Of a DNA stretch of 64,000 nt, positions 44,882 through 57,795 are shown piece after piece. The stretch covers positions 5,456,001 to 5,520,000 of the forward strand of contig CM035356.1 in the NCBI GenBank assembly GCA_020137815.1, read 5' to 3'. The notes under the pieces are model-generated. The model saw only the letters and a program-made list of their open reading frames with translations, ran no database searches and was not told the DNA's origin. The DNA is from Hormiphora californensis. Its lineage: Eukaryota > Animalia > Ctenophora. Each line of letters opens with the position of its first letter. Position 1 is the stretch's first letter. The position numbers and the translations under genes are program-made.

Positions 44882-46042
44882 GGTCTCAGAACTATTAGTA
44901 CCAAACATATTCGCAACTATAACACAATTTGGGGGTTAGTTAATTAATCATTCAATTAATCATGGACGATAGTACCACGGGATAACGTGGTACTCTGGTT
45001 GTTAATTAATATCTCGAAAATGAACAATTTATGGCATTTTTGCCAAAAGCGTCTTGGTTTTTCTCGCAATATGGTAAGAAGAACAAAATAAATTATATTC
45101 TATTGAATAAAGCGATACGAAGAGAAATTAGAGAATTTATAAATTATATCCTCTCGATGGCAACGCGTCGTTTATCATGTAGAACTAAATTCAATCTGAC
45201 CTTGAGTAGTACAACTTGAGCTCAGTCTAAAAGTCTCAGTCTAATGTACGTGTCTTTTAACGAATCAGACATTTGTTTTGTTTGGGGAGGGAGGGTCGAA
45301 CAAGGCAATCAGACATATGGGCTAGAAAATATTGAAACTCATAAAAATATTGAAACTCATAGAAATATTATGCATGTCAATATGTTGCCAAAAGACTTTT
45401 TTTTTTTTTTTTTGCACGTACACGTGGCTATTTCTCTATCCATGAGGCAGTCCGACTATTGGATGCCGCCAAGCAAAGATAATAGCTCTCAATACGGTCC
45501 CTTGCTTGACCTCAGTGACTTGCACCGACACTGTCCGTCTCACTCAATCAACGAGTGTGTGCTACCAATCTCGATAGCACGCAGAGCAGTTTTGTCAAAC
45601 AAAGTTATGACATGACTTCTGACGCAACCCTGACAGCGCTGGCTAGCACAGTGATAGGGTTGTTGACAAACTACGGACGGGAGGGTAAGAGGGGCACTTG
45701 GAGCGAGATCTGGCCCTCCCCAAACTTCCGGTATGCCTCACCTTTAAAAGGGGGGGGTTTTTTTTTGAAGGATTAAAAAAAAAAAATTTATTCAAAAAAA
45801 TTTTTCCCCCCCCTTACGGCTGCCAGTTCCCTATTGCGTGTTTGGGTCTTTTAAATTGGGTCAAATTGGATCTAAATTGTGCAAAAATATGGATAGCACG
45901 AGCGGTATGTTAGTGTATCGACCGCCGTCGTTGGGTTGGTCGCATCGTGTCAGAATATGTGCAAGTCCACGTCTGAGTGGAGAATAGGAGATATCTACTA
46001 TCGTTCAGAGCACAGGCGGACGAATTTGCGTGGTCATAGCGG

Positions 46043-46144
46043 CCAAGTGGTACAATCTTTTTACAAAATTTTTTCGCTGCATAAACTAGAACATCTCCAG
46101 TTTATGTAGCAACTCTACTTTTGTAAAAAGATTGTACCACTTGG
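46043..46144. mobile_element. 102-bp hairpin element with 26-bp perfect IR; truncated copy at 51041-51127
   Basis: CCAAGTGGTACAATCTTTTTACAAAA ... TTTTGTAAAAAGATTGTACCACTTGG with inner pairing. Confidence 0.75.
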
Positions 46145-46617
46145 GAGAAATTCTGTGTTGTCTGAGTGAGATTATCTCACTCAGACGTGGACTGTCCCAA
46201 ATATTATTCGCATCACCTTTAAAACATATTAGTGACTTAGCTCTGCCAAATTGGTGTGTAAATGGTCCTAATTGGTCCTAATTGGCTAAAAGTTAAGCTT
46301 TTTTATGTTAGAGGAAGAACGTCAATTTTCGCCCTGACTGGGGAAACAATTTGAAACATCGAAATTCCTTCACCAACGTGTCCCTAAGGGTCTTCTGGAA
46401 CACCTCTGAGCTTTGTTACTTGCGGGTTGAGGGGCAACATGGTCATTTCCGGGTGTGTGTGTGCCACCTGTAACTTAAGGCAGAGCCCAATATTGTAAAT
46501 AATTTTAGAATTGGATTAGAGATAAGTGTGTAGCGTCCTCGCGTTAGTGGGGGTAGACACCCATGAAAAGTTCCTATCTCATTTGGTTAATTAGATAATT
46601 GGATAATTAGATGTATG

Positions 46618-47612
46618 CATAGATCCGTGTTTCAGCTATTATATTGGCTTAAATAGTTCATACTATGACCGACCATGTTATGTGGCTTAGATCAGACCTG
46701 TGAATGATCCTGAGGCCCTGCTTGATACCCCTCAATCCCTCATGCCCTGCTAGATACCTTTCAGAGATACCCCTAGAACCCCCTGAATACCCCTATAACC
46801 CTACTAGAAACCCCTCAGACCCCACCAGATACCCCTCAGAGCCTACAAGATACCCCTGAGATTCTACTAAGTACCCCTCAGACCCATTAGATGCCCCTTT
46901 AAGAGTTGAGACCCTTCTACCTCTCAGAACATCCTAGATACCCATATCATAGTTCTAGACACCCCTTAGACCCTGCTATAATAATATTGCCCGCGAGGGC
47001 AGAGACAGACTCTTCGACCCATAGAAGTGCAAACGGTGTAGAGGCACTGGGGTAATAGAGGTACCTCTCATATTCCACACTCCTAGCTTCCTATCACCCT
47101 CATAGACACCCCTCAGAGCATCCTAGATACCCTCGAAATAATCTACCTAGTAGGGTTTGAGGGGTATATGAGTATCTAATGGGGTATGAGGGGTATTTAG
47201 AATGGTCTGAGAGATATCTACAACAAGGGTCTGAGACTTGAGAGGTATCTAGTAGGGTTTAATGGGTGTCTAGTAGAGTCTGATGGGTATCACGTACGGT
47301 ATGATGGGCGTCTAGAATGGTCTGAAGGGTATTCAGTGGCTGTGGAGTCTAAGGGGTATCTAGAACAATCATATGGGTATCTAGGAAGCTCTGAGGGGTA
47401 TCTGGTGGGGTCTGAGGGGTTTCTAGTAGGGTTATAGGGGTATTCAGGGGGTTCTAGGGGTATCTCTGAAAGGTATCTAGCAGGGCATGAGGGATTGAGG
47501 GGTATCAAGCAGGGCCTCAGGATCATTCACAGGTCTGATCTAAGCCACATAACATGGTCGGTCATAGTATGAACTATTTAAGCCAATATAATAGCTGAAA
47601 CACGGATCTATG
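46618..47612. mobile_element. Foldback-type element with ~225-bp near-perfect terminal inverted repeats and internal subrepeats
   Basis: 46618-46842 is the reverse complement of 47388-47612; AGATACCCCTCAGA-like subrepeats inside. Confidence 0.85.
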
Positions 47613-48082
47613 GGGGGGGGGGGGTCCTTTAATGTCCCTCGATTTTTGGGTCATTAAATTGCCCGTGGTTATTTAGGACATTAAAAGACATTAACCCTTT
47701 AAGGGCGAGAAGGATTGGCTCGATAGATTTTTCTTATTTTTCGTTTATAAGTAGATATTATTACCACAAACTACCTCGAAAAAGAAATTTGAAGTTTCGA
47801 CATGTAGTTTTTGCTGGGCCCACTGTGTCATATATGACTCTATCGTCCGTAAGGGAATTCTAGTAACAAATGTCATTTGTGCAAAAGTATGGGTCCAATA
47901 GTCAAATTTTATGCTTTGAGGCAGTCTATAGCTATAATTTCTACAATCTTGAACGGTTTTTACTAGAAAAATACCCCAAATTCTACATTTTGTATCATAT
48001 ATGACTCTATTATATCGTCCCAATTGGTAAATTCTCCAAAAACATCCATAACTCGGGCTAGAAAAGGAGCTAAGAGTCAAAT

Positions 48083-48505
48083 CAGGGCACTAAACTGTGT
48101 AGAATCATCGCATTAGTGGGGGTAGAGCACATATTTAGGTCGCTATCTTGCCCCCTAATTGAGATAATTGGATAATTAGCCAATTATCTGTCCCACGCAT
48201 GCTAATAAATGAAACTTTGCTTTGGGAAGGAGTTATGAGGCAAATGGGGGCACTAAAATGTGTAGAATCATCACATTAGTGGGGTTAGAGCACATATTTA
48301 GGTCTCTATCTGGACCCCTAATTGAGATAATTGGATAATTAGCTAATTAGTTGCCCTCCAGCGCTAAAAAATTAAATTTGGCGGAGTATACAAGACAAAT
48401 GGGGGCACTAAAATGTGTAAAATCGTCGCCTTAGTGGGGGCAGAGCACATAGCTGAGTTTCTATTCCCGCTCCTAATTAAGATAATTGGATAATTAGCCA
48501 ATTGA
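48083..48505. repeat. ~160-bp unit x3; related segments at ~46525-46610 and ~50090-50180
   Basis: GGCACTAAA..TGTGTAGAATC..CATTAGTGGGG..GATAATTGGATAATTAG recurs. Confidence 0.8.
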
Positions 48506-48641
48506 CGGTTGCATAATGCCCCCTTTTCACCATATACCGTGGTTTCTGGCTAATCCTGAGCTCTTTTGTTCAATCTAAGGACCTTTTGGCATCCCTTTAC
48601 CCAATTTGTATCACCTTTGACTCGTTTTACACACTAATATA

Positions 48642-49444
48642 CCGCGTGGGCCAATAAAAAGGGAGGGTCTTAAATCTTCGATTTCTCCGGCACCTTAATT
48701 CCAATGGTTCTGAAATTTTGACACAATGTTGTTGGGCTTATGCCAGATATGTGTACAGAGTTTCAGGTTCAAAAATGCAGAAATTCATTAATGAACTTAA
48801 ATTCCCGTTTTTTTAGTTAATTGAAGGTTTTCCCTTGTTACAAGTTGATTTTGATCGCAAAATTGCAGCCACTCAATAGTGTTAACATTTATCAATGGCA
48901 ATCTGAAATTTCATTGAAAATGAATTAAGTTTAGTGGGTGAAATTAATGAATTAAATTTTTTTTTCGTTAATAACTGCATAAATTAACATTTAACCGATA
49001 GTTCATTGACAAACCGTTAGTTGAGACATTAGTAAATCGAAACCTTGCTAATGGAAGCTTGCTAATGCTTATACTGATTGGTAACAACAAGCGTCATGTG
49101 ACCTCCATGCAAGCAACAAGAAACGTAACCAGGGTGTGACAAAATCTTGTTAGCAAGATTGCAATTGGTCTCCAATGCCCTCTGTTGTACCCAGTATTAG
49201 ATATCTGGCGTGGAGTACAAAAGAGGTTCCTGGAAAACAAAAAATATGGACTAGAGAAAACCTACATTGGCTTAAAAACATGAATTTAGGTTCATTAATG
49301 AATTTCTACATTTTTGAACTTGAAACTCTGTACACATATCTGGCATAAGCTCAACAACATTGTGTCAAAATTTCAGAATCATTGGAATTAAGGTGCCGGA
49401 GAAATCTAAGATTTAAGACCCTCCCTTTTTATTGGCCCACGCGG
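48642..49444. mobile_element. Non-autonomous Tc1/mariner-like element, ~165-bp TIRs, TA flanks
   Basis: TA-CCGCGTGGGCCAATAAAAAGGGAGGG ... CCCTCCCTTTTTATTGGCCCACGCGG-TA; a third TIR copy lies at 49835-49978. Confidence 0.8.
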
Positions 49445-50002
49445 TAGCACTCTATACAACCCTAGACACCGCCTTCAGCTCTTTAGAACCCTCTTGCTTA
49501 ATCCTAGACCTCTCATAATTTCGAGATCCATACACCTTCCTAACCGATTGTTTTTGGGATATCCTATTGCTCCTACAAGACGTTCAACCCCTAATGTACT
49601 ACAGTTTCCCATTTTATTATTGGACACACAGTTTAGATTCCCCCTACATTATTTCTCCTCATCACTCTCACAATCTCATTTGCGACTAAAGAAACTTCTC
49701 ATGAACTCCATCGGCAATAAAGATGATCTGTAGAAGGCGTTTAGTATGGTGTATGAGAGGTCTAGCTAGGAGTAGGATGAAGCAAGGGGGTTGTACAGAG
49801 CTGGAGGCGGTGTCTAGGGTTGTATAGAGTGCTACCGCGTGGGCCAATAAAAAGGGAGGGTCTTAAATCTTAGATTTCTCCGGCACCTTAATTCCAATGA
49901 TTCTGAAATTTTGACACAATGTTGTTGAGCTTATGCCAGATATGTGTACAGAGTTTCAAGTTCAAAAATGTAGAAATTATTAGATATTAGATATTATTAG
50001 AT

Positions 50003-51037
50003 ATCTGAATATCTCTCTATCTCACTCAGACATGAACTGGGACTAAAAATGCAACTACCCTTCAGAAAGGAGTATAGATGAAAATAAGGACATTAAACTG
50101 TGTAGCGTCCTCGCATTAGTGGGGGTAGACACCCATAAAAAGTTGTTATCTCATTTGGTTAGTTGGATAATTGGACAATTAAAAAATAATTAATTGGGTG
50201 CAATGCGCATAGCAGTATTTTCGATATTATCCGATCTAGGATTTATCTAGCAGGGTTTTTAGAGTGTATCAAGCTGAGTACTTGCTGTAGCAAACCTTTG
50301 AAACTCCTGAAAGTCTCTAGTATGGGTGAAATTATTGTGAAGGGTGAGAGAAACAAAAAAATTGGTCAACTTACCAATTATGCCCAATTATACCCAATTA
50401 AGGCAAAATTAGACATTTTTTCATACTTCTGAGTCTCATTTTATGGTCATGATCGTGTTCAGCAATGGAAAAAGGTCGTATTTCAGCGTTTTTAATGAAC
50501 TTGTTAGTCTCACTCAGACATTGCATCTCACTCAGACACGGTCACCGGTGTCGTAATCTGGAAAATATCTTCAACTGAATCTTCCCACTCACCAGTTGAG
50601 TTTGTTTCACTAAAAATCACAGCTTCCAACAAGTTTTATCCTCAGATTGTGTTTAGTTTAGACACAAAAAAACTTTTCTATCTCTAAATTGTCTCACTCA
50701 GACACGATATTTGAACATTTTTCCTGGGTTTCGTATGCTTCTCCATGGGCTATCTCTTGTTCGACTAGTTACTTTATGGCCTTGCCTAATAACCTGGGGT
50801 GGTTCTACAAGTTGAACCCTTTTTTTAGAAAATCTGGAGCTATTTAGAAAAGTGTGCTCAAATTTGGCAAGAATTTGACCCAACTTTGGATAACTCTCAT
50901 GGATTCATCTTTTGGGTTTTGGACCTAAAACAAGTTGCAATCAATAGCCCAAACAATTCCCTTCACCCCTATACCCAGCAAAACCCTTCAAATGCCATTT
51001 TAATTTTCCTGAAAAATTCATCTGCGCCATGGACTGT
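50003..51037 (+). repeat. Left arm of ~1-kb inverted repeat flanking the histone quartet
   Basis: Reverse complement of 56628-57795; also visible as matching peptides DNSHGFIFWVLDLKQVAINSPNN on opposite strands. Confidence 0.9.
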
Positions 51038-51556
51038 CCCTTTTTACAAAATTTTTTCGCTGCATAAACTAGAACATCTCCAGTTTATGTAGCAACTCTA
51101 CTTTTGTAAAAAGATTGTACCACTTGGGAGAAATTCTGTGTTGTCTGAGTGAGATTATCTCACTCAGACGTGGACTGTCCCAATAATATAAATATTATTC
51201 TAATTATCTTTCAATCATGATAGTGACCCAATTATGTAAAATTGGTGCCTAATTTGGCGTTAATTGGGTCAAGAAATTTCTGAACGATTGCGACCAATTA
51301 CGACCTTCTACGACGATTTTGAATTTTGAATTCATTATTAGCCAATTAGACCCAATTAACGCCAAATTAAGAGATGTTCTCGGGAAGTTTAAGTGGTAAA
51401 CTTTTTTTTGGTGATTCTAGGGACCTATAGCCTACTTTTAGTGAAGGTCTCGCATGGTTACCTAAAAATTCCTGCATTTGACCCAAATGCCTAGGACTAA
51501 TTCTGAATAATGAGTTCAGAGCAAGAATTAAATAGGGAAGAAAATCGAAAAATACT

Positions 51557-51632
51557 GGGTTTGACCGGGAATTGAACCAGGGACCTCCAGAGAGACATGC
51601 TCGGAGCTATAAACCACTAAGCTACCAAACCC
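51557..51632 (-). pseudogene. tRNA-like Pol III unit (tRNA pseudogene or tRNA-derived ncRNA)
   Basis: GGGTTTGG TAGCTTAGTGG (A box) ... GGTTCAATTCC (B box) ... TCAAACCC then GTATTTTT terminator; anticodon arm irregular, mismatch in T stem. Confidence 0.7.
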
Positions 51633-51862
51633 GCAGTTTGTTTTCACACAACTATCACCGTTTTTGCGTGACAGCTCGCCAACCGACCCACAGAATATAT
51701 GGGACACCCTGTATGGGTGACGACCCCCCCTCCCCCATATGAATAAAATGAAAGCATCGCCGGAAATCTTCGCAACGATAGAGAGAAAAAGGGGAGACAG
51801 TGCCGTTCAAGCGTGAGTGACAGCCGTCATTAATTTGCTCAGTTTCTTTTTTTAAATTGGGT

Positions 51863-51878
51863 GGCTTTGAAAAAAGCC
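51863..51878 (-). promoter_or_regulatory. Histone 3' stem-loop (H2B)
   Basis: AAAAA-GGCTTT-TTTC-AAAGCC-ACCCA then AAAAGAAAC. Confidence 0.92.
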
Positions 51879-51920
51879 TTTTTGTCGTGTTTATAAAAAC
51901 ACGACGGGATAATCTCCAGA

Positions 51921-52295
51921 TTACTTGGAGGTAGAGGACGTGTACTTGGTCACAGCCTTGGTGCCTTCGGAGACTGCGTGTTTGGCAAGTTCACCAGGCA
52001 AAAGCAGCCTGACGGCGGTCTGGACCTCTCTAGAAGAGATGGTCTTTCGCTTGTTGTAGTGTCCCAGTCGAGAGGCCTCTCCGGCGATCCTCTCAAAGAT
52101 GTCGTTGACGAAAGAGTTCATGATGGACATGGCCTTGGAGCTGACACCAGTGTCAGGGTGGACCTGCTTGAGGACCTTGTAGATGTAGATGGAGTAAGAC
52201 TCCTTCCTCTTCTTCCTTCGTTTCTTGTCTCCTCCGACACGGCCGGCTTTCTTGCCTGCCTTCTTCTCGGCTTTCTTTCCAGAAACAGGGGGCAT
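51921..52295 (-). CDS. H2B: Histone H2B, replication-dependent type
   Basis: [26 protein letters not shown]...[21 protein letters not shown]; intronless; 3' stem-loop. Confidence 0.99.
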   Translation of the reverse strand: MPPVSGKKAEKKAGKKAGRVGGDKKRRKKRKESYSIYIYKVLKQVHPDTGVSSKAMSIMNSFVNDIFERIAGEASRLGHYNKRKTISSREVQTAVRLLLPGELAKHAVSEGTKAVTKYTSSTSK

Positions 52296-53060
<765 letters not shown>

Positions 53061-53109
53061 ACCTTTATCGGTTTACCGCCAGTTTTTCCTCTGGAGAAAC
53101 TGGCAAAAA

Positions 53110-53125
53110 GGTGCTTTTCAGCGCC
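53110..53125 (+). promoter_or_regulatory. Histone 3' stem-loop (H2A), variant stem
   Basis: AAAAA-GGTGCT-TTTC-AGCGCC-ACCCA then AAAAAGAAAC. Confidence 0.9.
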
Positions 53126-53602
53126 ACCCAAATCCAAAAAGAAACTCTTGAAAGGTTTATAATGACCGAAAAATAAAAATAAACAGATTTTCTAATCGCA
53201 ATTTGTTGTCCGATTCGCAAATTCTTGTCTATGCCCTCTGTGAACCCGATTTCTCGAAACGTAACCAAACGTAATCTCAACTTTGTTGGCGAGAAAATTC
53301 CCAGAAAATTCTAAATTTTTTTTCACGAATCTTGATTTCCAACCGAGAAAATTTCCTCAAATCGCAATATGTAAGCGAGAAAATATTGAATCGAAATTTT
53401 CTCGAATCGTAATTTAAGCGCGAACGGAACCAGAACAACAAGTCTACCGCCCTAACTTTGTCATGCGATGTTACAGTCACTGCCTGACAACCCTAAGTTG
53501 TCAGCGGACTGCAACGATTGATCAGAACAGTGGAGTGAGACATGGGTCGTGCTTTGTGGGGTCAGGATTTGATACGGGAAATTTCTTTTGTTAGATTTGG
53601 GT

Positions 53603-53618
53603 GGCGCTGAAAAGCACC
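53603..53618 (-). promoter_or_regulatory. Histone 3' stem-loop (H3), variant stem
   Basis: AAAAC-GGTGCT-TTTC-AGCGCC-ACCCA then AAAAGAAAT. Confidence 0.9.
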
Positions 53619-53663
53619 GTTTTGTTGTTACGAAGTCGTAACAACAGGAGAGAACCTAAATAC

Positions 53664-54224
<561 letters not shown>

Positions 54225-55999
54225 TCATTGGCTCGTCGGGGGTAAATATCGGATAGTTTGGGACAGTTTTGGGATTGAACGCGCGCATTTTGCCACGAAC
54301 AAGGACACAAAGTTATTAAAGTTGATGAGTAAGATAGTATATATATCCCAGTCATAAGTCACATTCCGCGGCATGTCGGACAGACGTTTTGGGAAGAAAA
54401 ATCAAAAATAAATACTTAAAATAGGATATTTAGGTTTAATTAGGTAGGTTATAGGAAACATGAGCAAATTTGCTAACTTATGTGACAGGAAAGAAGAGAG
54501 GAACTGAAAGGTGGCCAGAGTTATAGCTTTTCAAAAATCATGTCGGACGGAATCGAAAATTCGGATGAATTCGACCCAAATATTTTTAATGAAGATTTTC
54601 TGCCCCAAGTCGTATTCCCTTGAACTTTTCATTAGTATCATATGAAAGGAAATTGTCCAAATATGTTCCGGGTATGCGAATGGAATCCAGCATGCAAGTG
54701 GTTTTGGAGCTATGCGCATCTAAAGTTGAGATTGCAAACATGTCGGACGGAATGGCAAAACATGTCGGACAGACTATTTCAGAAAAATTCAAATAAATCA
54801 AAATGTTTAAGATTGAGACATTATTCTGCAAGCTAATAACAATCTTCAATCGATTTCTGATATTACCGACCCTTTTTTGGAATGGATTGAAGCATTTTTT
54901 GGTCCAAATTGGCAGCTTGATCATTTGACATTTATCATGTAAGCCCAATCAGCTGAAGTTTTCGAAAAATTATTTTTGGCAAAACAAAACACCCATTTTG
55001 CTTCTAAAGGGCACTTTTAACTTGCTGAACTCGTTTCTGATAATGACGAACGTCAAAAACTTGAAAAAAAGCCCAAAAATGACCATTTTTTCTTCCTCTG
55101 AAGTCGAAATATTGACAAGACGATTTCATGATAATTGGGCACGGTCTACAGGTCTAATATTGGCTATTGCTTCCAGTTGTGGTTTAGCTAAACACAATTC
55201 TAGCCATAAAACGTTGCTTGAAAGTCTAGAATACGGCAAAATAGGATTTTTGTTGGACTAATTGGTTAAGTAGTAAATTTCTTCAAAATTGACTAAGACA
55301 CCCTAATTTTACAATTCCCAGCAATTTTAAGCCGTTTAACACGAACCTGATGGTAACAAATAGTTTGTAGAACAAAAACAAATCCTGATTTCAAGATATT
55401 TGACCAAAATCCGTGATTTCGAACATCAAAAACATGTCGGACGGACAAAAATATTGGCTTGTTCTGAAGAATTCCTAAACTGTAGGCCCTCAATTACGTT
55501 GCATTGCTAGCATATTTGGATAGAATCGCACGATCCAGCAGGTTTCTAAAATCTACAAGAATTGGTTTAGCTGAAAATTAACTTTTCTTGGTCAAAAAAC
55601 ATGTCGGACGGACACAAACTTCAAAATCAAATTGAGAATGAAATATTGGAGGTACACTGTTCCCCTTTTTTTCAGACATTACCCAACTAATTCTAAACTT
55701 ACTACCACCCTTAAAAACTATTTAGATAACTTGGGTTGTCCAGGAATTCACTTTTTCAAAGTCGCTCTCAATTTCGGGAAACAATTGTTCCATCTTATAA
55801 GTGCTGTCATGGAAAAACGAATCGACCTAGAAACCTCAAACCAGTTGTAATGTATGCCCCTGACATTTTACTACCACCCCATATGCCCATTTTTATTCTC
55901 AGTTCATTTTTCATTTTTCTCGATTTTACCCCTGCTCCACGGAATGTGACATAACGGGGTTAAAATTAACACATTCTGAGTCACAAGTTATCAACTTAG

Positions 56000-56335
<336 letters not shown>

Positions 56336-56379
56336 ATACCCCGATATCCAAGGTATCGGGCTTGCCCGATACCGAAAAC

Positions 56380-56395
56380 GGCTTTTTTCAAAGCC
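56380..56395 (+). promoter_or_regulatory. Histone 3' stem-loop (H4)
   Basis: AAAAC-GGCTTT-TTTC-AAAGCC-ACCCA then AAAAAGAAC. Confidence 0.92.
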
Positions 56396-56541
56396 ACCCA
56401 ATCTTGAAAAAGAACCGATCAAATACCTTTTCTATTAACATCAGTCCTATTTTTAATTTACACCCAACATCACATTTCCCATTTTCACCTTCTGAATATC
56501 AATTGGTTTACCGAGCTTTATGCATAGAATACGGCCATAGT

Positions 56542-56624
56542 ATAAATGATCAGCGTTCAGCCTGGTTGTTAAGTAGTTGAGAATCTCAACTACTTAACAA
56601 CCAGGCTGAACGCTGATCATTTAT
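56542..56624. repeat. Perfect 83-bp palindrome (41-bp arms, 1-nt centre)
   Basis: ATAAATGATCAGCGTTCAGCCTGGTTGTTAAGTAGTTGAGA-A-reverse complement. Confidence 0.95.
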
Positions 56625-56627
56625 GGC

Positions 56628-57795
56628 ACAGTCCATGGCGCACATGAATTTTTCATGAAAATTAAAATGGCATTTGAAGGGTTTGCTGGGTATAGGGGTG
56701 AAGGGAATTGTTTGGGCTATTGATTGCAACTTGTTTTAGGTCCAAAACCCAAAAGATGAATCCATGAGAGTTATCCAAAGTTGGGTCAAAATTCCTTGCC
56801 AAATTTGGGCACACTTTTCTAAATAGCTCCAGATTTTCTAAAAAAAAGGGTTCAACTTGTAGAACCACCCCAGGTTATTAGGCAAGGCCATAAAAGTAAC
56901 TACTCGAACAAGACGATAGTTCATGCAGTATAGAGCAAGCATACGAAAACCAGGAAAAATGTTCATACATATCGTGGTCTGAGTTGACAGACAATGTTAG
57001 AGATAGAACAAGGTTTTGTTGTGATAAAATCTAGAAACACATTTATCTGGGCTGATAAACTTGTTTGGGACATCCAGCATCGTGATTTTTAGTGATAACA
57101 AACTCATACCCTGGTGACTCGTGGGAAGATTCAGTTTGCAAGAACTATTACGTGCGTCACGATTACCGATCACCACGGTGTATCCGCGTCTGAGTCTGAG
57201 ATGCAATTGTAGGGACGTGAGTAGTAACAAGATTCATTTAATAAACGCTGAATAATCACGTACCACTTTTTTTCAATGTGCCGAACACGATCCATGCCTA
57301 CCATTAAAAATGACGACTCCGAACGTATGAAACAAAAATGTTCCTGTACATTTTGCCTCTAATTGGGTGTGCTCAATTGGTGCCCACCCACTTTTGTAAT
57401 TCGGTAACGTTGACCAATTCTCTTTTTTGTTGTTCTCTCACTTTTCACACTATCCCACCCACATATCTAGCAGACTTTCAGTGAGTTTCAAAGGTTTGCT
57501 ACAGCAAGTACTCAGCTTGATACACTCTAAAAACCCTGCTGGGCTAATCCTAGATAGGGTAATATCTAAATACGCTATGCGCATTCGCACCCAATTCATT
57601 ATTTTTAATTGTCAATTTATCAACTAAACCAAATGAGGGTGATAACACTTTCAGGGTGTCTACCCCACCACTAATCGCGAGGACCGTCATCCCCCAGTTA
57701 ATGTCGTTATTTTCATCTTTACTCCTTTCTGACAGGATAGTTGCATTTAGTCCCGTGTTTTACACTGTTGAGTGAGAGAAGAGAAATATTCAGAT
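56628..57795 (-). repeat. Right arm of the inverted repeat flanking the histone quartet
   Basis: Near-identical to the left arm at the inner end, increasingly indel-rich outward. Confidence 0.85.
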
